From the NCBI GenBank assembly GCA_965202585.1, contig OZ241832.1:26412001-26476000 (forward strand): 64,000 nt of DNA, written 5' to 3'. Under the pieces are notes generated by a model. The model was given only the letters and a program-made list of their open reading frames with translations. It was not told the origin of the DNA and did no database searches. The translations under genes and the position numbers were made by a program. The stretch comes from Thalia democratica. Lineage: Eukaryota. The first letter of the stretch is position 1. Each line of letters opens with the position of its first letter. Of this stretch, positions 49,858 through 63,100 are shown one piece after another.

Positions 49858-50358
49858 TCACTGAAAAACATGTCTGCAGATAGGACAAGTGTTGTGTTCA
49901 GCAAACCATAGCTCGGTGCAGACGCTGCAAAAAGAATGCCGACCTCCGCAGTCCAGTTCCTTCATCAACCTTCCTACCTCGACTTCTTCCAGACACACTT
50001 GACACTCATCTCCTGCGTGAGACTCGTCCGCTTCGAACTGCAGAAACTGTTGAATTCTCTGGGGAGAAAGTCCTTTTAAGAACTCTTTCTTTTTTGCTTC
50101 GATAAGATCGATAATTTCTCTATGATGTCGGTCGACATCTCGAGTTATCTCTTCCAATTTTTTCTTGAACGATTCGTCATTTTTGTGCGGGTTAAACCGT
50201 TTAATGTGAAATAGAAAAGAAAACTGTTCGTTTGATTTGTTTCTTACAAAGTTTCCAAAATCAACAGCATCGTCTACATCTTTTACTTCCTGAAGGTCTA
50301 ATTTGTTTTCTTCGTGAGTTTCTAAAAGGTCCTCTTGCAGTTCATCCAGTTCTTCAGT
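49858..50358 (-). CDS. RING-finger (C3HC4-type) putative E3 ligase, main exon (166 aa); possible 15-nt first coding exon at 50409-50423
   Basis: 501-nt open frame after a CTAAT...TAG acceptor. Acidic/coiled N-terminal part, then CQVC-x14-C-x3-H-x2-C-x2-C-x10-CPIC. An ATG-ACT-TGT-ATT-TGT exon plus a 50-nt GT-AG intron would complete the gene (speculative). Confidence 0.85.
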   Translation of the reverse strand, partial: TEELDELQEDLLETHEENKLDLQEVKDVDDAVDFGNFVRNKSNEQFSFLFHIKRFNPHKNDESFKKKLEEITRDVDRHHREIIDLIEAKKKEFLKGLSPQRIQQFLQFEADESHAGDECQVCLEEVEVGRLMKELDCGGRHSFCSVCTELWFAEHNTCPICRHVFQ

Positions 50359-53300
50359 CTATACAAGATTAGTTTGTTTTAAAAACAAAAACTTCTTCAA
50401 ATTTTAACACAAATACAAGTCATCTTAAGATATTATAATTGCCTGCGTTAAGCTCAGACAGCAAACTAAAAATAATTAGTTAAATATGGCGTGACCGAAA
50501 ATGGCACTTTTAAATAAAATGTCTCATGTAAAAATAAGAAAAAGAAAGCAAAATTAATAGGTCATAGTATAATGCCCTGCCTGGTTAAAAGATTAAATTG
50601 ATAAATAAAAACTAGTATTTACTGCTTAATATGCATACAAAATTCTAGCAATAACTGTGCTAAAGTGTTTATTAAACAGAGCAAATACAACATTCATTGA
50701 CCATAACTTTTAACAAATGATAAAGTAGAACATTCATAAGAAAACATAAATACTCTTTAGCGCCAAATTTACAAATTAATGAAGTAGTAATCAAAATCTG
50801 AAACATCAAAAGAGATTTCGTTACATTATATATTAATTATAGCTATTTCTTATAAAGTAATGTTTTTTATAATTAATAAAAAAATGCTATTGTTATTATA
50901 AACATAGGCCTTCATTCGTTTTTTTTTTAATTAACTAAAGTGGATCAGTTTTTATATCAGAAATAATTATAAAGTGCCGAATAAATCTTAAGTTAATGTT
51001 GTAAGTCTACATTTTAATTTTTTAAGTTACACAACCGATATGATTATAAACTGATCTATTCAAAAAATGTATTAAAAACAATAGATAAGATAAAAATAAA
51101 ATTTGCTTTTTTTTGTATTATAAAGCAGTATGAAATAAAATTTATAAGATAACATCACTGTTATTGATTAAATATTTAGCATACTAACTGTTGCATGATG
51201 AAGAAAATGCTTTTCATATTCTTCGTATTCATTTTTAAGATAAAAATCTTTTTCCAGTTCTAAGTTATCCATCGTTTTTGTCTATTTTCAAATTTATCAA
51301 CTATATTTTATAGTATTATGTTAAATTTAAACTTATCTGTATGAATAAAATATATTTAATTATCTTACAACTGAGAAAAAAGTTTGTGTTTTACTTAAAT
51401 TAAATACAATATTAAATATAATAGTTTATATAAATTAGTATTAAAACAGTAAAGTATAATATTTAATTTGTTTCATTTTACTCTTATAATTAATTAAACT
51501 ATTAGAAGGTATAAGAAACTAGTTGTTTTATATAGAAAAACAAAAAGTTTCTGATGCATGATGGAAGTAAAAGGTTTGAGTGTGTAACTTTATAAAAACT
51601 TAAAAAAAGTTTACAAAAATAAAGTAATCTACAGAAGTTCAATGTCCATCTACAAGAAAAATCTATAAATACAATAAGTACTTGAAATTAGGGAGAAATC
51701 AGTAATATAATATAAAATGATTGTTACTAAACTTAATCATATGCTCAGTCAAGAAATTATATTAAAAAAAAATATCATTACAGACTTCAAAGTGAAGTTT
51801 TAAAACTTGCAAACTAAAAAGTTTATTTTAGCAATCTGAGTAAAACTTTAAATCTTTAATATTAAGTTATAACTTGATACATTTAAATTAGAAATAAAAG
51901 TTAAAACCCTGTATAAATTTTTTTTTTTAATATATATTTCTTGTAGTTGGTTTATTACTTTTTAGTGTTTTTTATTTCTAACATGTATTTGAAAGGACTT
52001 TCACGAATGTTTTTGTGCTATAAGTTGTTTTTAACATGAATAATTTGTTAGACTGACTCATAATAAGAATAACGATATGCTTGAATGAGTTTGTATATTT
52101 GTTTTTCTTTTCTTAATTTTCAATCTTTTTATTGTAACCAAATAATTTAAAATTTTATTAAATTATTTTCTCTAAACTTAACATATATATATATATACAA
52201 GCATATCAGTATAGTAATGCTGGATATGAAGCAGTTTAACTAGTTTCCATATTATATCCAAACAACTATATAAAGTCAATAAAACCTCAGAAAGTTTCCA
52301 GAAAACATACGTACTAGATTACGTTTTTTTAAACATAAATCAAAAAATATTAAATAGTTTTAAACTGGCCTGAGTTGACTTTAGTTAGCCTAATTATTTT
52401 AAAATATTAATCTGATCTTTGTTAGCTTGAATATTAAAAAATAGTAAATTATTTAAAGCTAACTTTAATTTGCTGCAATGTTAAATGTTTGACAGAAAAA
52501 AGTTTTTTATCAAAAATAAAAAGCTGCTTGAAACTAAAACTGTAAGAATATTTATAAAAAGAAACATTCTTAAATAAAAAGTTTACACATTCAAACTATA
52601 CAAATGTCTATGCTTGAACAAAATGTATACTGCTGAAAGATTGTGGCTGGAATGAGCTACCACTCTCTGTGGCTGGTTTATATATCTTTTTTTTTTCATT
52701 TTCACAGGTACTTCTTATCTGCTTTTTATTTTCTCCCTTAACTTTCACCAGTATAACACTTGAGCTTGCGAGCTTTCTCTTAAACGCTTGGATGAACAAG
52801 GATTGTAGCTCAAAACACTTTTCATAAAATTTAAACAGTTATCAAGTGCAATTCGATGCCCTGTTACTAAATTATCTGTTAGTTTTGAACATTTGTGACC
52901 GAAATCTAGTTGTACTATTTAAAGTCAACAAAGTATTAGATTTTATTACAAAAATGTCAAATTAACAATGTGCTTTCTTAAGTAATTGGCTTTTATGATA
53001 CATATAATAATTATTATCATTATGACTTTTAAAAATTATCATACAATTGTGTAATATGTACTATTTTTGTTATCAATTCACATTTGTATTTACTGCCCAA
53101 TATACATACAAAATTCTAGCAATAACTGTGCAAAAGTGCTTATTTAACAAAGCAAATACAACATTCACTGACCAAAACTTTTAACAATTGATAAAGCAGA
53201 AAAATCATAAGAAATCGTAATTGTAAAATCAAAGCTTATAAGTTTTACAGCTACATTTTGCTTTCTTTTTATCGTTTAAATATGTTTTTGGGGTTTTCTA

Positions 53301-53949
53301 GCATGAAATTTTCTGCCAGAAACTATGGAAATGTTTATTTTAAAGTATTGGTAAGTTTAAAAAAAAACCCAAAATAAGTTTTACTTTTCCATTATCTTTT
53401 AATTTTGCTGGTTGAGTTTTGCATATTTTTAATGATATTGTAATTTGCTTTAAATTGAAGAATAGAAAGTTCTCAGTTCTTTGAATTGTTTAGAAAACAA
53501 AACAAAAAGGTTTAAGAAAAAATAAATGCAAGGTATATAAAAAAATAAAATATATAATACGTAAAACAAAAAGAAAGTATCGAAAAACTTATGGTTTGAT
53601 AGATTTATGTTTAAAACTAAAGTTTTGTCTTAGCTTTTACTGTGAAGCATGAAATGTAAGTGTCAAACTAGGTTGTATAAAACCAATTATAATTTTAATG
53701 AATACATTTGGTATACTTTTTTTCTAAAAGCTCTACTTTTATTTGTAGAGTATTTAAATATAATTTGTTCTTTAATAACTTTTTTAAATATATTCAAATT
53801 TTTATAATAGTTTCATTAGTTTTTGTTATGTTGTAAACATAGTTGAAAAGTTTAGCTAAGCCTCAATGTATTCGTAAATGTTTATTAAGGTGTTTACTAC
53901 AAAAGACCTCATTAAAATTAGAGTTAGACATTAATCTAAAAATTATTTT

Positions 53950-55150
53950 ATATAGTAAGTACATACACTATCTTTAACTTACAAATATCAAGTATTAATG
54001 AATAAGACTTATTGTTTGCGGCATTTTAATAAGAGAGTATTAAAAAATTTTCTCAAAAAATTCGCATTTTGTTTTGAAGTTTGCAAAATAGTTTCGTTTC
54101 CCATTGAAATGGCTCTAACGTTGGAATACAAACTAATATATTTTGATCGTACTTTATTTATAACAAGTTTGTCAACAATTTCGTCATAAACTTCTAATAA
54201 TCAAATTTGAATTACAAACACTAAATTTTTATAGCAACTAAATTAAGTGATGATCTACCTATTATTTGTGGCAAATACGACCATGTGTTAGCGATGTTGT
54301 CAGATGCTTCTACAGTATTTGTTTCAAAACTCGGGTCAAATCACCAGAAACTACAACTTTGCCTTCATAATCAGTACTAGCTGCACAGTACCTTGCCTAA
54401 TTCATTCTCGCAATTTGCTTTATTTAGTATTTCTTAGGATCATACTGAAGGCAAGAATTACAATTGTTGTTCGAAATGTCGCTACCACCCATAATTTTTA
54501 ATTATACAATTAGAACACAAAAATTTATACGACGTTTTTATTCAACCACATTTTTCAATTCTTGAGAAGTTTATAAGTATTTCATCATCTTCATTTCTTC
54601 ATTATGATTGCTGCTTACAAATTTGTAAATCTCTCCTTTTATTAAACTTACTTAGTAATAAAATCATCGTCTGAAACAAGTACATTATTCCATATAGATG
54701 TTTTTTTTTTGAAAGTTTTAACCGTTTGTTTTTTTTAGACTTCGATTATTACAAAAAAAAAAAAACAAAACGAATTATGATAACAAATCCTTACATCGTA
54801 ATTTTTCTGTTTCAGACTTTTAAAAAGATTCTTGCTTTCAAGCATGCGTTTGCATTCACTGTTTTTAAAATTATTTTTACTCACAGGTGATTTAAAAGCA
54901 ATTTTTTACAATAAACGAAGCCGGGTTGTTAATAAAAGATGTTTTGCAAACTTGTGTATTTCTTCAATTATCATGTTACTATTTTTATCTAACGCATAAA
55001 ACACTTCAAGTTATGACCCAATCAGCATTTGAGGCTATAGTAAAATATATTTAACTTAAGCAAAGTCTAGCTCTAAGAAGTTATCAGTTTCAGCAACTTT
55101 TGTAAAAAAACGTTCTGTACAAACCTTATTTGTTTTAGCAAGATGTATAG
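53950..55150 (-). pseudogene. Divergent BACK-Kelch pseudogene, not visible in the ORF track
   Basis: ERFFTKVAETDNFLELDFA*VKYIL...LEVFYA...KFAKHLLLTTRLRLL, then SCLQYDPK...ARMN*ARYCAASTDYEGKVVVSG, NTVEASDNIANTWSYLPQ and AISMGN, with many stops and frameshifts. Confidence 0.85.
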
Positions 55151-58100
55151 GTTAAAAATGATTAGTAAATTAGAAAAATGCAAGTGTACTTTTCATACAG
55201 ATAGACTTGTATGTATTTGCAAATATTTACTTTTAGCCTTTAATTAAGAAAATATTTGAAGTTTTATTAGTCGATGTAATATCGTTGTTCTTTGGTGATA
55301 AATTAACTAGAAAAATCAGACCTAAATAATAATAACAAAAGTTTACAGATAAGTTTTAAACATCAGCAGTTTAATTTTTTTTTTCATTTAAAGTCAGGAC
55401 TTTCAATTGTTTATATTAATGCTCCTATTAAAGAAATAAAAAAGCAATGACGTCCTCTAATATATTTCTAAATAATCTACTATGCGCCCTCTTTGGTACT
55501 TCACTTCCTTTTTGGTAAAAGTTGTCTTTTATATTTATAGTTTATTATCAAATAAGAAGTAATATAACACTAAAATTTTAATAATTTTTAAAACCTAAGT
55601 GGCAATTTCAATAATTTTTTTTTTCACTAGGAAAAGGTAGTATTTTTTATTTATTTAACATTAATTATATTTTAGCTGTTATGCTGATTAAAATTAGTAT
55701 CTTGTTATGAATTTTTAAAAGGTTATGCTCTTTAGCGCTACCTAGTAAAATCTTTTTAATAATTAATCATTTGTATTTGTTTTATGTTTTATAAATAAAG
55801 AAGCTTATCTTTATTAACAAAAAAGAAAAACTCAATTGGTAATTTTTCAAGAGTTAAATAGTTATATTAAAACTATGCAAAAGCATGAGGCAGGTTATAT
55901 ATTTAAAAAAAAAGTTTGTTTTTAATTATAAAATAGGTAAAGTAGCTTGCAACATAAATGATAAATTTAAAAACTTAAAATATTGAACATTTATTTGAAA
56001 TTAAATGAACTAGAGTTATTAATGTAGTACTTTAGATTTATACAAAGTTATTAATACAAATATTAGCTTAGTTAAAAACTTTATATTGTACAAAGTTGCC
56101 TTAACTTCAGGCTAGTATAGATACCTTTTTAAGTTTTATGAAAATTTCAGGACAGTTCAGGATAACTCTAGGGTTTTTTTGATTGTTTTAATTCAGGATA
56201 GTTTCTTCTTCTATGAAATAATCAGTACATGTATAGGTTTTTTATTAATCTCAGGAAATATATTTTTCTAAATATTTAATGAAATTAAGCTGGGTTAATT
56301 TTAAATTTTTTTATTTAAACCAGTTTAGTTAAATAATTTGATTTTTATTAATTTTAAAGTTCAAATAACTTTTTGAAAGATTTGAAAATACTTGGGATAA
56401 TTCAATGAATTTAAAGGTCAATCAGGACACTTTTTGACTTCAAGGGTCGCAACCCTGAGTAATTAGATCGATTAACCCTCAAAGCTAATTTTAGAGCTGG
56501 TTTATAGTCATTTTAACATTTATAGTCTAGTTTGAGTTGGCTTATGTAAAAATTTTTTATTAAAGTTTTACTTCATGGCTACAAAAGGATACTAAATACT
56601 TTACAAAAATTAACCTTTATTTCAGAGTAAAGTTTTAAAATATATAATGATTATTAACAAAAATAAATGTTCCAACTATATTTTAATATAAAGTCTATTA
56701 AAAAAAATATTTTCATAGTTAATTTATCTTTCTTTAATGAAAAAAATTCTTGCAGAAAGAAAGTAAAAAAGAAATACATCATTTCATTAGAAAAAAAAAA
56801 GTCTTTTTTTTGTTTCTGGTAAAGGCTACTTTTTGTTTTAAGGAAATTGCAAAAAAAAAATTCTTGAATTAATGTTAGCCAGAGGGTGGTGTTAAAAGCT
56901 TTTTAATTTATGATTTTGCATGAAAATTTCCATTTATTATCTTTGTAATTTTTTATATAATATTTTAGAGTTTTGTTTTTACTCTTAAATTTAATTTCAA
57001 ATAATTTTCAATATCTTAAACTTTTTATCTAATTTATTACCAAATTTTAAGATGGATTACGAATTTTATACAACTTTTAAATATGCATTCCTTGTATTTT
57101 TAAATTAGCTTTACATTTTAAAGGTTTCTTTACTTTTAACTTTTGATATTCAAGTTTATTGTAGAACTAAATTTTTAAGTTGAGTTTTCTTAAATTAGAA
57201 GTTAGTTAATAAAAAACTCTGCATTATTTTCAGGATTTCAAATATGGCCCTGAGCACTTCATGCTTTCTACTTATTTTAGGTAGCTTTATCTTTTGAAAG
57301 TTTTAGCTGCTTTTTATTTAAGCATGTTATAAAGAATTTAAAATAAGATATTTCAAGAAAAAGCTTCTTGAATCTAGTTTTATCAGAGAACTGTGCAAAT
57401 AATTTTTCAGACTGTGTTTTTTTTTACAAACATTGTTATTTAAAGTATGAAATTTTTTTGTATTTTATTTTATAACACGTCAATGGATGTGTACATGTCT
57501 TAATTTTCTCTTATTAAATTTAAAGTTTTAGAGTGGTTTACAAATTTATAAATGCTAGAACATTTTTTGTAATTGCATATACTTCTATAAAAATCTATTG
57601 GTTAATTACCTTTTTTATTTATAATGAAAATAAAGTTTCTTATTATTAAGTCAAAACTTCTAAAAAATCAAGTTATTAGTCTTGAATTTATTTACTTAGT
57701 TGTAAGTTTTGCATCAAGTTATATCAGCATAAATTTTAATGTATGTTAAAACGGTAAAATTTGTTATACTTTTTATCTAAAATTAAAAAGCGAAAAGTTT
57801 TCAAACATAAACAAGTGTATATTTTTAATTTTAAAATATAACAAGATTTTTAGGAAAAGTTTTTCTATAGGTTTTTTTTGTATTTTATTGTTTTTCCATA
57901 ATGGTTTGCCTAAAAACCTGGAATTCTGAAAAACTTAACTTTCTGGAATTTGACAATTAAGGCTAATAAAACCTGGAAAAACCTAAAATTTGATAAATAA
58001 TGTATAAATTTCGAATTTAGAACAATAAATACTAAATAACTTAGATATGCCGGGAATTAAAAAAAATTTTAAGTAGTAAAATTATCAATTTTACTCGAAA

Positions 58101-60144
58101 AAACTACCGTGTAAATAAAAATTTTTTGTCATCTTAAAAACATATTTTTTTTTAACATTCAAAGTAGTTTAACAGTTATTTTTAATGTTGTTATACTACT
58201 TAGCACAGCTTTAAACTAAGATTTTAACTAAAAATACACCTGAAATTGTTTACTTTTAAAACCGTGGAAGAACATAAGAAATTCTGGAAGAAATTTCTCA
58301 AAAAAAACTTGGCGGCCCTGATACAAGTTAAATGTAAAAATAAATTGCAAAATTTAAAAATATACATTGTACTTTCTGTTTTAAAAAGTATGACTCAAAG
58401 TTTCTTTTGAAAATATTTTCAAATTTTTTTGTTAATGACTTTTCAAGGTTCAACTTTTTATTTAAAAGGACTTGTAACATATTAGTTTTATTTTAATAGT
58501 ATTTTTTTCATATAAATATATGTTTATTCTAATTATTTAAATAAGCTTATTACATAAACTCATAAATCAATAACTAAAGCAACAATTTTTAAAGACATAT
58601 AATTATATTTTTTTTTACATAAAAAATTCTATAAAAATTCTATCCAATTAAAGAGAGATATAACATTTAAAAAGACATTTACTCTTTATATTTATTGAAA
58701 CTGTTTATAATAACAGTAAATTAATATTCATTTGTAAAAAACAACATTAAATGAAAATCTTTAGATTTTTTAAATGTTACAAATTAAACAATACTTTTAA
58801 GTATGTTAGATTTCTTTTTATATAACTCTTTTGTTTTTTAATACAGTCCTGAACGTGTAAAACTTGTACCTTAAAAAAAGCATCAATTTTAGCAAATGAA
58901 TTTCGAATTGTAAAATATTTTATCAAAACTATAAATTGTAAGCCTGAGAAATTTATTTTTGGTACTAAATTGTGATTTACTTACTTTTATTTTAAATAAA
59001 TGATCTTATGGTTTTACACCAGTAGTAACATACTATTAGTAGAGTTAAGCAACACAAATTGCCTTGTAAGCAGCTATTACTCAAACTTCAAATTTCTATT
59101 TACTTTATATGATTTAAAATAACTGCATCAGTATTAGAGGAAGTTTAAATTGCTATATTCCTGCTCTTATGACGTAATCACGTTTCATTTCAAATATTAT
59201 AATTTTTTGTGATTCGTTAATTTTTCGTGCTAGCTACTGGTTTTAGTAATTAAGCTTTCATTATATTTGTTTATTCTCAAAATTTTATAATCAAAAACTT
59301 AGTCGATCAAAATTAATAACAAAAAACTTTTTTAGATGTTGTAATTTTTTTTACCAAAACTAATTAACTATCAAAAATTTAGTATTATAATTTTTATTTT
59401 CTTTATAAAACACCATGATAAAAAATGATTGTATAATACAAAATTAATTTATTTTAACCAAAACAAAAAATCATTGTCAAGATAACAACCAGTGGAGACG
59501 CGCTATGTTTCTGTCAAGGGGTAAAAAGAACTGAAAAGATAAAAAAAAACTTAACTTGATATTTTAAAAATAACTTAAGTAAATGTAAATACTAGAATTT
59601 AAAAACTTCGTGTGTTCACTTAAGTTGATTAGGAAATAGGTACTTTAATAGTTTTAAATATTTTTTTACGTTTGAGGTTCTTAAGGAATCCAAAATTTCC
59701 TAATCCATTTTAGGTGAAACTTAGTTTTACAAACAAAAATCTTGAACAGATAATTATGTATAATAGTTATTATTACAGTTTCTATTTTTACTTAGAGGAT
59801 CGCTAGCCTTTCGCGACACCTCTGGTAACTGGAACCTTTAGTTCACAATAACTTTAAGTATCTGACGTTTTAGTATAAAAAGCGATCCTGACAATTTTAT
59901 TCTTAGGAATTCAGTAATGTAAACCGTATACACTTTAAATCTAATTAAAATAAGATGTTATACTATATACTTTTAAACAGTGCTTTGAATATGTTTAGCT
60001 AAGCTACGAAAATAAAAACGAAATATTTTATGTGTAATATGAGTTTGATACAGTTTGTAGATTTCAGGTTTGTTAATACCAAAAACATTAAAACTATATA
60101 AAGTATTCAATAATTTATGTTTAGATTTGCATTTTACTTTTATA

Positions 60145-63100
60145 ATGCCTAAAAAAACAAAGTCAAAAGTTGAAGTAGAACCAGCTGAAAAGAAAACCAA
60201 AAACAACAATGTTAATAACAATATAAGCAGTTGTTTTGTACTTCCTTATAAAATTGAAGATTGTGAGTTCATAAAGTCATGCATAAGCAACGCTTTAAAA
60301 GATGATGATAAAAAAGCATTGGAAAAAGTGAAGAACAATAATTTTAAAGGTGAACAATTAATATTAGAAACAGTTTGAAAAAAAACATTTCTATACTTAT
60401 AACTTAATAATACATAATACCGAAGTATAATTTTATTTACATTTCTTTTAATATATATATATATATTAGTTTTCAAAATAATTCCAAATAGTTTGGCATA
60501 CTTTTGTATTACAACTTAATAGCCGTAAGTTTTTATCTACATGGGTTAAGTTGTGATGAAGCAATAAAAAAGAGCATTGAATAAGAAAAACTAAGTTACA
60601 AATCTACTGTACTAAAAATCTAGTTATTCACATTTAGTTTTAAAAACATGTATACAAGTAATCTTTAGCTAATTAGTAGTTCACTATTAGTTTTTATTTC
60701 GTTGCAGAATAATTGTCAATTATAACCTATTACTAGTTGCTCTAACTTTTACATTAGGTATAACTATTGTTGTAAATGAGTAGCTGTCAAAATTGTACGA
60801 GGGAAAAAAACTGCGCGAATATACTTTTGCACGCGCAAACAATTTTGCACGAGGAGAAAAATTTGCACAAGGATAAGACTAAACAAAGACACTTTTGCAC
60901 GTGCACACAATTTCGCACGGATGGAATAATCTATTTATTAACTTTAATTTTTTTGTTAATTTTATTTATATTTTTTTTATTTATTTTATAATACTTTTAC
61001 TTAAACCTTTACCCTCGGTCGGTAACCTAGTTAATATATATTTTATGATTAATTTATTTTAGTTTGTTATATGTTTTTACTTTTTTACTATCAATGTTAC
61101 CCCTAACATTTACCCTCGGTTGGTAGTTTTCATTTCTTTTCAACTAGTTTATCTTTATTTATTCATTTTTATTGTTTTTTTAGTTATTAATTTATCTTTT
61201 AGTAACAATTTTCTTTTATATATATATAAATACATTTTTATTTCAGTTTTTTTCTTGCAAAATTGATCCTTAATGCAAAACTGTCGTTAAACAATACTAT
61301 TCTCTCGTGCAATTTTGTGTCCTCATTCAATTTTGACCCGTTCCTGTTTTAAATACCCATATAAATAATAATTAAATATTTCTCCAAATATATAAACTTT
61401 ATAACCCTTTAAAAGATATTTCAAATTGCTCATAATTTTATACTATTATGGTATAAGAACTTATTATTACTATTAATACTACTTTTTACACTTGTAAGTA
61501 AGTGTTTTGTAAATTTCTCCCTATCAAAAAAGCTACACTCGATTTTTTTTTATTATCATATGCAAAAGTTAAGATAACTATGAGTTAATTTGCTCTTTTT
61601 TTTCTTACAAAAAATAAATTAACGATGGTTTAAAAATCTACCAATTATTGCACGTTTATTTCAAATTAATTTCGGACAACCGTCCTTCATCAGTAAAACT
61701 TTAAAACTAGTAGAACTAAAACCTTTTTAGTTCTACTAAGTTTTACTCGGTTTTAGTTCTACTAGTTTTAAAGTTTCACTGATGAAAGACGGTTGTCCGA
61801 AATTAATTTGAAATAAACGTTCAATAAACTGGTAGATTTTAAAACCATCGTTAATTTATTTTTTGTATTTACTGATGCAGGGGAAAAAATCACTAGTAAA
61901 AACAATTGACTTGTGTCCTGGACCGATTTGCGAATTATTTATAAATCTATTTTTTTCTTTAAATTTAATTAGGAGATCTAAATTTATACCTCTTAAAGTA
62001 ATACTACTAGCTTTTTAAGTGTTCCCTAATTTTTCTTTTGTTAGCTTGATTTAGCTCTTTAATTTTTATAAAGTGTGTTGAGCACTTAGTTTCATTTAAT
62101 TTTTTTTATAACTTTGTACATAAGCCCCTTACCGTGTATAAGCAGAAAAATATTGTAAAGCTAGATATTCAAATGATAAACTTATACTACTAAAAATGTT
62201 GAAAAAAAAGACTTTAAAAAGTTTTCAAATAAAAAAATTCGCTATAAAATCAATCAAAAAACTAAAACGAACAATTTGTAATGTTTTTCCTTAATTTATG
62301 TAAAGTTAAGTTCATAAATAACCTTAAAACTTATTTTAACTTTTAGTCATTTTACTTTAAGCATAGTTCAATGAAGTTGCTATAAAACGACAAATAAAAA
62401 CCGAATTTTATTTTTCTCAACACCTCTTGCTGATATATTTCATTAACTTTATAAATAGGTAAAAAATCAATAAAATATGGTGAAATAGTTTTAGTTTTGA
62501 AGAAAAGAAAAATTATATTACAAGAAAACGAAGAAGCCAGAATAATTAAATGCATCAGTTCACAAAATGTAATTTCATCATATTTCTTTGCAAAAACGTT
62601 TTACTTACCTAATATTTCTGACAACTGCTTTAAGTACATTGAGCGTTGTTTTATGAAAGTTGTTCAGTCAAAAAGCTTTTTAGAACTAAATTATGATTCA
62701 GTTAAAAAATTTTTATCTAGTTCTGAGTTATATATTACTTCGGAGTTGGAAATCATGCAAGTAGCTGATTGTTGGTTGAGACATTACTATGATCGGAGAA
62801 GTATGTTTGCAAAGGATCTTCTTTTAACAGTCCGTCTTCCCTTGCTTTCTATTTCAGTTTTGAAGGAGTTTTTATGCAGATCTTACAACACGCGCAACTC
62901 TACTGTGTTCCAAAGCAACGAAGAGTGTCTGGAAATGACAAAAAAAATTCTTGAAAACAGAGAGAAATTTTTTCAAGACAGACCAACTTTAAATTATAAG
63001 ACAAGGTATTGCAGCCAGAAACAATTTAACGTTATGGTCTGCGGTGGTATTAATCAGATAGAAGAGGAACACGGTGCGAATTCCGGCCTTGTTATAACAA

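Larger units (their letters stand above)
61606..61867. repeat. ~262-bp palindrome (arms 61606-61723 and 61749-61867), probable head-to-head Penelope pLTR remnant
   Basis: Near-perfect inverted arms. The 25-nt spacer partly duplicates the start of the right arm. Each arm holds a hammerhead motif. Confidence 0.9.

Noticed and set aside
52608-52820. GC-richer minus-strand ORF as an upstream RING exon
   Set aside because: No suitable in-phase donor, stops in the ATG-led frame, and no recognisable homology.
307-62555. Short ORF-track entries at 307, 18220, 19576, 22331, 26019, 26643, 32571, 32593, 49021, 53998, 60776 and 62352
   Set aside because: Low-complexity AT-rich translations, mostly with non-ATG starts, or lying inside MITEs. 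No recognisable motifs or splice context.
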